Below, in pieces: positions 42,582 to 52,900 of a stretch of 64,000 nucleotides of DNA. The stretch is from an uncultured Acidimicrobiia bacterium. GTDB lineage: Bacteria; Acidobacteriota; Terriglobia; Versatilivoradales; Versatilivoraceae. Position numbers and translations under genes: made by a program. The stretch is from the NCBI GenBank assembly GCA_963786955.1, contig CAWBAT010000005.1, positions 1,695,375 through 1,759,374 of the forward strand, given 5' to 3'. Positions within the stretch are counted from its first letter, which is position 1; each line of letters begins with the position of its first letter. The notes beneath the pieces are model-generated. The model had not been told where the DNA came from, searched no databases, and saw only the letters and a program-made list of their open reading frames with translations.

Positions 42582-42624
42582 ACGTGACTCTAATCTTTCA
42601 CGTTCAGTCCAAACGATAGCTTCC

Positions 42625-43446
42625 TTAAAGTGCAGTCCACCCTCCGTCAACCAGCAATGTATGGCCGGTGATCATATCAGCTGCAGGGCTTGCTAGGAAA
42701 ACCGCGGCTCCTGAAACATCGGCAGGGTTGCCCAAACGGCCCAGTGGGATTCGGCTTAATATTTCCGCCGAAAATTCAGGATCTTCGAAGAGCTTCGCAG
42801 TGAGGGGCGTACGAATGAAGGTGGGTCCGATGGCATTGACATTAATTTGGAATGGCGCCCATTCGATCGCCAGTACCCGCGTTAGATTCACAACTCCCGC
42901 CTTGCTGGAACAGTAGGCGGCACGGTTGTAATAGCCGATCACTCCGTTTTGCGAAGCGATGTTGATTATTTTGCCCGACTTTTGCCGGACCATGTGACGT
43001 CCAACAGCTTGTGCACAGAAAAAGACACCTTTCAAATTCACACCCAGAATGCGATCCCACTGCTCTTCGGTTACCTCGAGCGCAGGCCTGGAAACGTTGA
43101 CCCCGGCGTTGTTGACGAGGATATCGATTCGCCCGAAGTGTTCGAGGCTTTTGTTGACCATTCTCTCAATACTTTTTAGTGAAGTTACGTCCAGCGAAAC
43201 AGGGAACGCCCGCCTACCGAGAGCATGGATCCGAGTAGCTGTTTCCTTAGCTGTACGCATACGGCTTGGAAGTTCAGTAACGACCAGGTCCGCACCGGCA
43301 TGTGCGAGAGCCAGAGAGATATCTTTCCCCAGCCCTGAACCACTCCCCGTAACCAACGCGATTTTCCCATCAATGCGGAAGGAAGCAGGAGTAGTTTCTG
43401 AAGAAGCTTGGTTGTGTTGTATATCGGTTTTCGACTTTGGTTTCAC
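42625..43446 (-). CDS. Short-chain dehydrogenase/reductase (KduD/gluconate dehydrogenase-like)
   Basis: TGSGSGLG, NNAG, YCSSK, NAIGP, DGG. Confidence 0.92.
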   Translation of the reverse strand: MKPKSKTDIQHNQASSETTPASFRIDGKIALVTGSGSGLGKDISLALAHAGADLVVTELPSRMRTAKETATRIHALGRRAFPVSLDVTSLKSIERMVNKSLEHFGRIDILVNNAGVNVSRPALEVTEEQWDRILGVNLKGVFFCAQAVGRHMVRQKSGKIINIASQNGVIGYYNRAAYCSSKAGVVNLTRVLAIEWAPFQINVNAIGPTFIRTPLTAKLFEDPEFSAEILSRIPLGRLGNPADVSGAAVFLASPAADMITGHTLLVDGGWTAL

Positions 43447-43949
43447 GGTTCTTCCTCATTGCAGAATCAGTCTAGTACTAAGTAGCACAAATTCGCGTTA
43501 ATTGTTGTAGCCGGGGTCGTTGACCCCGGGCCTAAACAGCGGGGCGAGTTACAACACGGACTTCTGCAAGTTAGTACTAGTGATGGTCTGTGAGAAACGG
43601 TGAAAATTAGCTGTTGTGACCCATTTAATAAGTACATCTCCATTTTGGTCTTCGATCGTATGGATCTCTCCAGTATCCTCTTCAACGAGGATTCTGACCT
43701 GTTCAATCTTCGCAATGCCAGGATTCACATGGGTGTGGGCAACTGTTTGCTCAGGAAGAGTGTCTCGCCAACCCAGAGCGGATCTAAACTCGAAAAAACT
43801 GATCAAGAATCGGATGAAGTTCAAACTGGCGTGGTAAAAAGTCAAACTGGCATGCGAAAGGGTTATCTGTAGCATGGAGCCAGAGTCCCACACGGAAACC
43901 TAAAATTCAACGAATTATAGAAAATCGAAAATATTTGCGTAGGACAGGG

Positions 43950-44373
43950 AGTGTTTGGATCACCCGTTGTTCTGGACGAGCGCAGATCTCGAAAACAAGC
44001 CACTCGATTTCAGGAGATACTTCAACGATCATCGCACGCATACCTCCAGGGAAGGGCGAACGCTCGATCAGGACACGAGGAGGCCACGACCGGTCGCAGA
44101 TCTAAATTGCTACCGATGGCAACCTCACTGTCGAGGCTTGTATCAGACACCGATCGCTGCCTGATTCTCCGAAGATCCTTCGCCTCTGTTGTCGGGTGTG
44201 AATTCGGCACGGCTACACATCCAGAAACCATTCGCTGTTTAAGTTTGTAAATGTGGCGCGATCGGCTGATCTGCTCGCTTTCTCGCCCAGGGCGTGCGTT
44301 TAGAAAGTCAGGCTTGCCTCACTTTCGCAGGGCGAGAGCAGCAGAAACGGTCAGTGAATCAATTCGCCAGACA
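43950..44373 (+). mobile_element. IS right-hand remnant: transposase C-terminus and right end
   Basis: CLDH.LFW...DLE.K..DF..YFN.HR.H...YRWQPHCRGLYQTPIAA*, followed by the same right end CAATTCGCCAGACA. Confidence 0.75.
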
Positions 44374-44398
44374 CCGGGTGAAGAAATCCTACATTGAG

Positions 44399-45575
44399 CT
44401 AAAGTGATTTAAGGAAATCGCGGAGACCGGCGAGAAACTTGGCGGCGGCCAGGCCGTCCACGGCGCGATGGTCCACGGTGACTGTGGCCGCCATTTCCGG
44501 GCGCCACGCCAGCGAGCCGTCGCCGGCGCGAAGTGGATTTTCGCGGACCTCGCCGACAGAAAGAATCGCAGTTTGGGGCGGCGAAATGATCGCCGTGAAG
44601 GATTCCACGCCAAACATGCCCAGGTTTGAAATGGTGAACGTGCCGCCCGTCATTTCTTCTTCTCGCAGTTCCTTCGTTGCGACTTTGTCGGTCAGCCGGC
44701 GGGTTTCCGCGGCGATCTGTTCGTCGCTGAGTTTGCCGGCCGAGCGCACCACCGGGATATAGAGCCCGTCATCCGCTCCCACCGCGAATCCAATGTGGAC
44801 GTCCTGATGAACCAACAGGGCATCGGGTTGGAATTCCGCATTCAGGTTCGGGTGAGATGGAAGAACGCGTGAAACGGCGAAGATCAGGAGGTCGTTCAAC
44901 GAGACATCCTTTCCTGCGGACTTCAGTTCGCCCTTCTTGCGCAGCGCCGCCGTCATGTCCATGGCCATGGTGACGCTGAAATTGGGGATTTCCTGCATGC
45001 TGCGCGTCACGTGGCGGGCGATTGCGCGGCGCATGGGCGTGTGGGGCAGGCGCGCATCTCCAGCGGCCGGGGCGGGCTTCGCCCGACTCCGCCGCCTTGA
45101 GGACGTCTTCTTTTTCGATCCTTCCTCCGGGGCCTGAACCCTGCACCGTGCCGAGGTCAACTCCCATCTCCTGCGCCAGCCGGCGGGCCAGAGGAGACGC
45201 GGCGACTTTTCCCCCGGTTGCCGCTTTGGGAGTGGCCTGGGAAGTTGCGACAACTTCCGCCGGACGCTCTGTCTTGACGGGGGCCGCTGCGTCACCCTGG
45301 GAAGAAAGTTTTGCGATCTCTTCCGCGGATTCATTCCCTTCGCCGAGAGCGGCGATCAAGTGGGTGGCGGGGACGTCGGTGCCCTCGGCAAAGAGATGTT
45401 TGAGTACGATGCCCGACTCCGGGGCCTCGACTTCCATGGTGGCTTTGTCGGTTTCGATTTCGAGCAGGACTTCGCCCTTGGCCACGCGGTCGCCTTCCTT
45501 CTTCATCCACGAAATGATGCGCCCTTGTTCCATATCGGCGCCGGTCTTGGGCATGATGACGCGAGTTAGAGGCAT
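44399..45575 (-). CDS. Dihydrolipoamide acyltransferase (E2) of a 2-oxoacid/acetoin dehydrogenase-like complex (frameshift near 45075)
   Basis: ETDKA lipoyl motif, ASPLARRLA..GSGPGGRI, TFTISNLG, DHRAVDG. Confidence 0.92.
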
Positions 45576-45622
45576 CGAGAATACTCCTGAAAAGTCCGGT
45601 GATTCCGGCCTCGGCGGGATGG

Positions 45623-46627
45623 CTATTTCCATTTCCTCGCCGCGAGCACCGTCTGCACGATTCGCTGGACAGAGGGAAGCGTGACTTGTTCGAGCACCTT
45701 CGAAAAAGGGATGGGGGTGTCCTTTAGCCGCGATGCGGACGGGAGGCATGTCGAGGTATCCATGCAGGTCTCGCACACGCGCGAAACGATCTCCGCACCG
45801 ATGCCGCACTGCGGATAGCCTTCCTCGACAGTGACGAGCCGCGCCGTCTTCTTCACGCTTTCCGCGATGGTCGAGAAATCCATGGGGCGCAGGGTTCGCA
45901 GATCGATGACTTCTGCTTCGATCCCTTGCTTGGCCAGTTCCGTCGCGGCTTCGAGCGAGTGGAGGACCTGGCGGGAATGCGAAACGATGGTAACGTCCGA
46001 GCCTTTGCGCTTAATCTCCGCGACACCCAGCGGAATGAGGAAATCGGGGTCCGAGGGGACCGGCCCTTTGGCGTTGTAAAGCAGTTTGTGCTCGATGAAC
46101 ATCACCGGGTTGTCGTCCCGGATGGCAGACTTCAGCAATCCTTTGGCATCGCGCGGGGTTGCGGGCATGACGACTTTGAGGCCCGGAATATGGGTGAACC
46201 ATGCTTCGAGACTTTGCGAGTGCTGCGCGGCGTAACCCTTGCCGCCGCCGCCCTGCGAACGAATGACGAGCGGGACTTTGACCTGACCGCCGAGCATGTA
46301 ACGAACCTTCGCCACCTGGTTGAGGATCTGGTCCATGCACACGCCGGAAAAATCCACGAACATCAATTCGGCGATGGGACGCTGGCCGGTCAGGGCCATG
46401 CCCAACCCGGAGCCGATGATGGCCGCTTCGCTGATGGGCGTGTCGATCACGCGGTCGGCGCCGAACTCCTCGAAGAGACCTTTGCTCGCGCCCATGGCCC
46501 CGCCGAAACGGCCCACGTCCTCGCCAATCAGCACGACGCGATCGTCGCGGCGCATTTCCTCGGCCATGGCTTCCGCAAGCGCTTCGCGGTAGGTCTTTTC
46601 AACCACTTCAGTTTTCAGTGTAGACAT
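45623..46627 (-). CDS. E1 beta subunit (AcoB/PdhB-like)
   Basis: GEDVG, DTPISE, ELMFVDF, QHSQ, IDLRTL; compensating indels near 45720-45765. Confidence 0.92.
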   Translation of the reverse strand: MSTLKTEVVEKTYREALAEAMAEEMRRDDRVVLIGEDVGRFGGAMGASKGLFEEFGADRVIDTPISEAAIIGSGLGMALTGQRPIAELMFVDFSGVCMDQILNQVAKVRYMLGGQVKVPLVIRSQGGGGKGYAAQHSQSLEAWFTHIPGLKVVMPATPRDAKGLLKSAIRDDNPVMFIEHKLLYNAKGPVPSDPDFLIPLGVAEIKRKGSDVTIVSHSRQVLHSLEAATELAKQGIEAEVIDLRTLRPMDFSTIAESVKKTARLVTVEEGYPQCGIGAEIVSRVCETCMDTSTCLPSASRLKDTPIPFSKVLEQVTLPSVQRIVQTVLAARKWK

Positions 46628-47591
46628 AGTGGGTAGATTCTTCCGCCTTGGGATCTGGGCTTGCCAGCGCGAACGCGAGCCCGGTTTCGACTTCCTGGAT
46701 AATTTCCGATTCGACCTGCGCGAGTTCATCCTTCGTGGCAGCGCCCTCGGCCACCAGCCGAGAGCCATAGCTGGCCACCGGGTCAAGCTTCCACCACTCC
46801 TGCTCCTCTTCGCGGGTGCGGTAGGGCCGGTGGTCGGACGCGCCGTGACCAAAGTAGCGGTAGGTCTTGACTTCAATGAACGTCGGCCCGCCGCCCGATC
46901 GGCCGCGCTTCACGGCTTCCTCCGCCGCACCGCGGACGGCCTCGACGTCCATTCCATTGACGGTCACGCCGGCCATGTTGTAGCCCTTGGCGCGGTCGGC
47001 GAGCGTCGCCGTCGCAGACACCTTCTCGATGGGAGTGGAAAGACCGTAGAGATTGTTTTCGCAAACCCAGAGAATAGGCAGATTGAACGCCTTCGACATG
47101 TTGGCCGCTTCGTGAAAAGTTCCCTGGTTGGTCGCTGCGTCGCCGAAGAAACAAACGACCACCTGGCTGGTCTTGTCGCGGCGGATCGTGAAGGCGGCGC
47201 CCAGCGCGATCGGGCAGCCCGCCCCGACGATGCCGTTCGCCCCCAGATTCCCCTTGGTCACGTCCGCAATGTGCATCGAACCGCCGCGCCCGTGACAGTA
47301 GCCCGTTTCCTTGCCGAAAAGCTCTGCGTACATCTTCCCCATCTCCGCGCCTTTGGCGAGACAGTGTCCGTGCCCGCGATGGGTTGAAAGGATGTAGTCA
47401 TCTTCCTTCAGGGCGGATATCACACCCACGGCGGAGGCTTCCTCGCCAATGCAAAGGTGTGGAGACATGCCGGTCAGTGATCCCGCCTTGTAAAGGTCGT
47501 GGGTCTTCTCCTCGAACAGACGGATGCGCAGCATCTGCCGGAAGAGGTTGAGACGAGTTTGTCGGTCGAGGCTGGAAGCCGGGGTGCTCAT
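46608..47591 (-). CDS. E1 alpha subunit, ThDP-dependent (AcoA/PdhA-like)
   Basis: STHRGHGH, GRGGSMH, GANGIVG, FFGDAA..N, ENN, TYRYFGH. Confidence 0.93.
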   Translation of the reverse strand: MSTPASSLDRQTRLNLFRQMLRIRLFEEKTHDLYKAGSLTGMSPHLCIGEEASAVGVISALKEDDYILSTHRGHGHCLAKGAEMGKMYAELFGKETGYCHGRGGSMHIADVTKGNLGANGIVGAGCPIALGAAFTIRRDKTSQVVVCFFGDAATNQGTFHEAANMSKAFNLPILWVCENNLYGLSTPIEKVSATATLADRAKGYNMAGVTVNGMDVEAVRGAAEEAVKRGRSGGGPTFIEVKTYRYFGHGASDHRPYRTREEEQEWWKLDPVASYGSRLVAEGAATKDELAQVESEIIQEVETGLAFALASPDPKAEESTHYVYTEN

Positions 47592-47618
47592 GATTTTAGA
47601 TTCTTCCTTTATTTAGGG

Positions 47619-48230
47619 TTAGCCCTTGAGTTCCTGCCGCTGCTGGACGAGACGTTTCAGTTCGTCGGCGACCATGTGATTGATCATCAAGTGGAAGTCT
47701 TCTACCTGCACCATTTTGCGGCAGGGCACGATAATGCTGATGTCGGCAATCGCCCGGGCTTTTCCGCCCTCGAATCCGCTGTAACAGATCGTGGTTGCGC
47801 CGCGGCGCTTGGCCTCTTCAAATGCATTGAGAATGTTCTTGGAGTTGCCGCTGCCGGAAACGCCGATCACGACGTCGCCCGGCTCGACCCAGTTGGCAAC
47901 CTGCTCGCTGAAGACGTGGTCGAAACCCATGTCGTTGCCGATGCCGGTGACGAAGGAAACGCTGTCGTTCAGGCACATAGTGCGGAAGCGAAGGTCATTG
48001 GCAACGACTTTCGTCTTGTCGTCAGAGCTTACGGTGTGCTTGGCGAGGTCGTTGATCATGTGTGCGGCGGTGTTCGAGTGGCCGCCGTTCCCCATCGTCA
48101 TGATCTTTTTGCCCTCGCGGCAGCAGCGCCAAAGGGCCTCTACCGTCTGAGTAATGGCATCCCAGGGCAGTTTGCCTGCGGTTTCCTGAATCGCGCCGGC
48201 GTAAGCCTTGAGATTGGCTTCGTGGTTCAT
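47619..48230 (-). CDS. SIS-domain sugar-phosphate isomerase (GmhA-like)
   Basis: GNGG, GND.GF..VF..Q, SGSGNS, VED.H. Confidence 0.88.
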   Translation of the reverse strand: MNHEANLKAYAGAIQETAGKLPWDAITQTVEALWRCCREGKKIMTMGNGGHSNTAAHMINDLAKHTVSSDDKTKVVANDLRFRTMCLNDSVSFVTGIGNDMGFDHVFSEQVANWVEPGDVVIGVSGSGNSKNILNAFEEAKRRGATTICYSGFEGGKARAIADISIIVPCRKMVQVEDFHLMINHMVADELKRLVQQRQELKG

Positions 48231-48466
48231 AGCTAAGCACCTGCCTTCGAAAGCTCGAAAAAACCTTACCGCTGCTCCAAAACGCCCATCAATGTCCGAA
48301 GATTTTTGCTGCTTGCCCCAGAATATAATGCTTGTACTTACAGATAAAAAATCGCTTTTCAGGCGGCATGGGCATACGGCCGTTCAGACCGGCTGCAACA
48401 GCGCTTTCAGGGGAAGAGTGTGCCATAGGGTAGTTTGCGAAGGCAAGGATAAAGGCAAACGTTCCC

Positions 48467-48785
48467 GGTCCCTGGCGAATTGCTAATTCGTGACGTAACC
48501 CCGGTTGATTCCAGGTTTTGTTAGAATGAGGAGGTGCGCGATCTGGTTATCCTTTTCATTCATGTCATTGCGACGCTCGCTCGCCTCCGTGGTCCTGGAG
48601 GAATCCGTTCTGTCGTCGCGGAGTCGTTCCTCGTCAAGCAGCAACTCCTGATCCTCAATCCTTCACGGCAGCGGTCACCTAATTGACGCGCCTCAGATCG
48701 CCTCGTCGCCGGTTTATGTGCTCTCCTGATTCGCCCAACCCGCCTGATCCGTTCAGCAATCGTCTTGAAACCTTCGACTTTTTTG
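48467..48785 (+). mobile_element. IS left end with disrupted transposase N-terminus
   Basis: GTCCCTGGCGAATTGCTAA left end; homologous to 42221-42495; in-frame TGA. Confidence 0.75.
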
Positions 48786-48807
48786 GCCCAACGGAGATTT
48801 AGCCCCC

Positions 48808-48889
48808 TATTTGCCGCATAGGTTGCGTAGATTAAACTTGTCGATGCGGAGAATAGGGTCTATATTATCCGCATAATGTGCGGAGAATG
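48808..48889. promoter_or_regulatory. Array of five TGCGGAGAATA-like half-sites upstream of the Fic gene
   Basis: Half-sites at 48808, 48824, 48845, 48863, 48879; two palindromes with 5-bp spacers. Confidence 0.65.
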
Positions 48890-50011
48890 AGCATGTACAT
48901 ACATCAGCAGTCCGATTGGCCGAAACTTCACTGGAATAGCGAGGTGCTCACCGGCCTGTTGGCAGACGTGCGCCACCGGCAGGGCCGCCTGCTGGGACAA
49001 ATGGAGGCGCTGGGGTTCCGGTTGCGGGAAGAGGCGGTGCTGCGGACGCTGACCGAGGACGTGGTCAAATCGAGCGAAATAGAAGGGCAGGAACTGGACC
49101 GGGGAGCAGTCCGTTCCTCGATTGCGCTTCGCCTGGGAATGGATGTTGGCGGCCTGAAGCCTACCGACCGCAACGTGGAAGGCGTCGTCGAGATGATGCT
49201 CGATGCGACGCGGAACTATGACAAGCCTCTGACGGAAGAGCGGCTGTTCGGCTGGCACGCAAGCCTATTTCCGACAGGGCGCAGTGGAATGCGGCGGATC
49301 AAAGTCAGCGCATGGCGGAATGACAGCCACGGCCCGATGCAGGTGGTGTCCGGCCCGGTCGGCAGCGAGAGGGTTCATTTCGAAGGACCGACGGCCACGC
49401 GGCTTGAGCGAGAAATGACGGGCTTTCTGGACTGGTTTAATGGCGGACCTGAAGTCGATCTTGTTCTCAAGGCGGGCATCGCGCATCTGTGGTTCGTGAC
49501 AATTCATCCGTTTGATGACGGCAATGGGCGCATGGCGCGTGCGATTGCCGATCTGTGCCTGGCCCGCTCGGAACGAAGTTCGCAGCGCTTCTACAGCATG
49601 TCGGCGCAGATCAGGCAGGAGCGTAATGCCTATTACGATACGCTGGAACAAACGCAAAAGGGCGAGACAGATATAACCCGGTGGCTGAGATGGTTTCTGG
49701 AGTGTCTGGGCAGTGCGATCGATGGCGCTGAATCACTGCTGGGAAGCGTGCTGGCGAAGGCGCGCTTTTGGGAAGGACTCGGCGAGACGCCGGTAAACGA
49801 TCGGCAACGGCTGATCCTTAATAAGCTGCTTGACGGCCTCGAGGGTAAGCTAACGTCGTCGAAGTGGGCGAAGCTGACGAAGTCGTCGCAGGACACAGCG
49901 CAGCGCGACATCGCAGACCTCATTCAACGCGGAATTCTTGCGCGCAGTGCGGAAGGGGGCCGGAGCACGAGCTACACCCTGGCGCGCCCCGTGGGCGCTG
50001 CCTTATCCTGA
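48887..50011 (+). CDS. Fic family protein (DUF4172 N-terminus, C-terminal winged HTH)
   Basis: YIHQ..DWP, SSEIEG, HPFDDGNGRMAR, DTA.RDI..L..GGRSTSY. Confidence 0.95.
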   Translation: MSMYIHQQSDWPKLHWNSEVLTGLLADVRHRQGRLLGQMEALGFRLREEAVLRTLTEDVVKSSEIEGQELDRGAVRSSIALRLGMDVGGLKPTDRNVEGVVEMMLDATRNYDKPLTEERLFGWHASLFPTGRSGMRRIKVSAWRNDSHGPMQVVSGPVGSERVHFEGPTATRLEREMTGFLDWFNGGPEVDLVLKAGIAHLWFVTIHPFDDGNGRMARAIADLCLARSERSSQRFYSMSAQIRQERNAYYDTLEQTQKGETDITRWLRWFLECLGSAIDGAESLLGSVLAKARFWEGLGETPVNDRQRLILNKLLDGLEGKLTSSKWAKLTKSSQDTAQRDIADLIQRGILARSAEGGRSTSYTLARPVGAALS

Positions 50012-50024
50012 GGCCTGTTCCCTG

Positions 50025-50175
50025 GGCGATGGGCTTCTTCACCATGCCCACGTTGGCGTTCCAGGTGTTGTACTGCTTCTCTGTCATTGAGCACAGGCGT
50101 CGGAAGATTCTCCATTTCAACGTGACCCGACATCCGACTGCGGAGTGGGTCGTCCAACAACTGCGGGAAGCCTTG
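50025..50175 (+). mobile_element. Integrase-core transposase remnant
   Basis: FFTMPTLAFQVLYC..IEH.RRKILHFNVTRHPTAEWVVQQLREA. Confidence 0.75.
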
Positions 50176-50445
50176 AGTCTATGCGTCGCCAACCTGCTCA
50201 CTTGGAATCCGCACAGACGACCCCGCGTCGTTTCTTGAGCGGCCCTGCCATGCAGCAAATCCGATATTGACTACACTCAGCCCCCTGACCGCACCTCCAT
50301 GCAATGGCCGGTGGGGTTTTCGGCGTCGAGTGCTCCATCGCTGAGGCAAGGGACCTGTTTTGCCATTTCTGAAAATGCCAAAGCCAGAGATGGCCACCGT
50401 TTCGACCCATGCCTCCGACACATTTCCTTGCCCGCAGGAGATCCT

Positions 50446-52722
50446 CTATTCGAGCCGAAGCACCGAAACACCCTCGAAGGGCACGGTGAGCCGGACGACA
50501 TTCTGCTCCACCGCCACGTCGCGAGATTGGTGAACATCGGTGGCCCGGCGATACTGCTGTGGAAGCTCGATGCTTGCGGTTTGATCTTCTGTCGTATCGT
50601 TAAAAACAATCAGAAGGCTGCGCCCGCGACCCGCCACCAGCCTGGGGCGCACTTTGTCCGCGGTGACCGGAGGTTTTGCCACCTCAGCGACGATGGCACG
50701 CACAAATTCCATGCCGGCATCGTTTCCGGCTGCAATGCTCGCTCCCAAGTTCGTGCCCAAGTAATAGACTTGCCCCTTCCCAAGCTTTTTCTTCGCTCCC
50801 ACCGTGAATTCCTGACATTTAGCGATGGGTGTCGCGGAGCTTATTTCAATCGGCATCAAGAACGTATGCGCCTTCACGCGCAGCGGTTTTGGCTCTGAAA
50901 TCTCGATTTCAGGCTCGTAGTAGATCCGCTCGCTGGCTGCAAGTTGGCGCGGCACCGCAACGGGTTGAGTCGCCGTTCCCGACGTGATGTAAAGGCTTTC
51001 CTTTTCCCGATATCCGAAAGCCTCGGCCAATCCGTAAGGAGGAACAGTGGGATTGTAGAAGCAGAGTTCGTCATACATGCCAAAAGTGGCCTCGAGGATC
51101 AGCGTGCCACCGCCCTCGACAAAACGACGCAAGCCCTCGCAGGTTTCCTGCTTCCCCATCAAGTGCCAGGGCACAATGATGACTTTGTAAGCAGCCTTGG
51201 GGAGGCTGGAGGGTTCGATGAAGTCCACCCAATGATCGCAGTTCCAAAGCGCTTTGTAGTACCCACTAAATGACTGTGTCGAAGCCTCCTCGTTTCCGCT
51301 CATGGCGAAATTCAGCAGCGCGTTGTCCTGGTCGAAGAGGATCGCGACTTCGGGTTTCGGCCTGTGATCCTTGATGACATCCCAATGAGCCTGGATCAGG
51401 CGATTATCCTCGGCAGCCTCGAGAACCCGCTCCGTTGCCGAGCCGTCTCGAGCCACGAGCCCAAATCCTGTCGATTCGCTTCCCGTGGCTTCGGAGTGAT
51501 AAGCCCAGTAGAGGATCCCCTTGGCGCCGACCGCTACCGCCATCCAATTCCAGAGGCGAATGTCTCGCGGTCGCATCTGGGGGCTATGCCAGAGTCCGTT
51601 GCTTCCGTGGCCGCCCTGAAGCTCCGTCATCCAAAACGGCTTGTGGCCTGCGTTAGAGCGCGTGATATCGAGCCGGGCCGCCCCCATGTATGTCGGCGTA
51701 GGTTGCCAGCGCGGGAAGTTCGACAACCCCCAGGTCTCCACCACTTCCGCCAGCCGCCAGGTGTTGATGCCGTACAGGGCCATGGGGTCCACCACGATCT
51801 GCCCGCCGGAATGGCTCTCAATCACATGTTGTGTATCCGCCGCCCGCACATTGTCCACGCGGAAGCGCATCTCGTCGGTGCTTCGTTCGACGATGAACCG
51901 GCGCCAGTCAAGCCAGTCTAAATAGGTTAGATATACCGTTTCGCGAGGCGGCGTGATGACGCTCCAGCTCGGGTATTGCCGTACCCAGGCCTCGTTGAGC
52001 CGATCCAGGCTGCCGTAGCGGCGCTGGAGCCAGCGCTGAAATTCCGCAATGGTTCTGGAGCAATAGCAGTACAAGCGCTGCTGGAGGGTGGGGGAAACAC
52101 GATGCGACCATGACGGTTCGATGTGCGGTTCATTCCAGCAGTCGTAGGCGTACATCGACGGGTGCTTCGCCACCGTTTTCGCCATTTCGCGGATGAATCT
52201 TCCCGCGGCCTGGCGCACGGGTTCCCAATCGAGGCAGAGGCCGGGCCAGCCCCCGCTGATATTGTTCCCGCTGCCAGCCAGTCTCTGGGGTTGGTCATCC
52301 GCATTCACGTACCGCGTCTCGGGATGGGCCGCCTCCAGCCACCAGGGTGCGCCCTCCGTGATCACGCCCAGCAAAACCCGAAGTCCGAATTCGTCGCAAT
52401 AGCCCATCACTTCCTCAAGCTCTCCAAAATCGAAGCGTTCCGGCTCACGATTGTGGTAAGCCCAGGGACTGTAGATGCGAATGATGTTGAACTTGTATTC
52501 CTGAGCGAACGCCTTGAGCATCTCGCGCCTCATCGAGGCGGGAGGGTTCGGGGGACGATAGAAGGCCGAACCATAAATAAAAGGCTGACTGAGGCGAGGT
52601 AATTGGCCAGCCTGCTCAGCGGATTGGGCCGCCGTTGGACCAGCCAGGACGTGGATTCCTCCCCACGATAAACTAATCGTTCCTGCTGCCGTGCGCAGAA
52701 ATTGCCGACGTGAAGATGCCAT
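50446..52722 (-). CDS. GH42-like beta-galactosidase, Tat-exported, paralog 1
   Basis: SRRQFL; WNEP, WMTELQ catalytic Glu motifs; GGTLILE trimerisation domain. Confidence 0.88.
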   Translation of the reverse strand: MASSRRQFLRTAAGTISLSWGGIHVLAGPTAAQSAEQAGQLPRLSQPFIYGSAFYRPPNPPASMRREMLKAFAQEYKFNIIRIYSPWAYHNREPERFDFGELEEVMGYCDEFGLRVLLGVITEGAPWWLEAAHPETRYVNADDQPQRLAGSGNNISGGWPGLCLDWEPVRQAAGRFIREMAKTVAKHPSMYAYDCWNEPHIEPSWSHRVSPTLQQRLYCYCSRTIAEFQRWLQRRYGSLDRLNEAWVRQYPSWSVITPPRETVYLTYLDWLDWRRFIVERSTDEMRFRVDNVRAADTQHVIESHSGGQIVVDPMALYGINTWRLAEVVETWGLSNFPRWQPTPTYMGAARLDITRSNAGHKPFWMTELQGGHGSNGLWHSPQMRPRDIRLWNWMAVAVGAKGILYWAYHSEATGSESTGFGLVARDGSATERVLEAAEDNRLIQAHWDVIKDHRPKPEVAILFDQDNALLNFAMSGNEEASTQSFSGYYKALWNCDHWVDFIEPSSLPKAAYKVIIVPWHLMGKQETCEGLRRFVEGGGTLILEATFGMYDELCFYNPTVPPYGLAEAFGYREKESLYITSGTATQPVAVPRQLAASERIYYEPEIEISEPKPLRVKAHTFLMPIEISSATPIAKCQEFTVGAKKKLGKGQVYYLGTNLGASIAAGNDAGMEFVRAIVAEVAKPPVTADKVRPRLVAGRGRSLLIVFNDTTEDQTASIELPQQYRRATDVHQSRDVAVEQNVVRLTVPFEGVSVLRLE

Positions 52723-52900
52723 ACCATTCCTCCTTTTTTATTCGGATTCCGGGTGCGTTTCCCCCCCCCAACTCTCTGCGAGAAAGATCAACTTCAATTT
52801 TTCTTGTATCTGCTCCAGGCTAGTCCTCTCCCGGAGGGCGCCTCTTGCTCCTCTGGAGCGGGCGATTGATGGCCTGGCACCGTAACAACAACTTGGTCGC

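Noticed and set aside
43467-43893. Short ORFs upstream of the SDR gene
   Set aside because: No recognisable motif or clear RBS; cannot be supported as a gene
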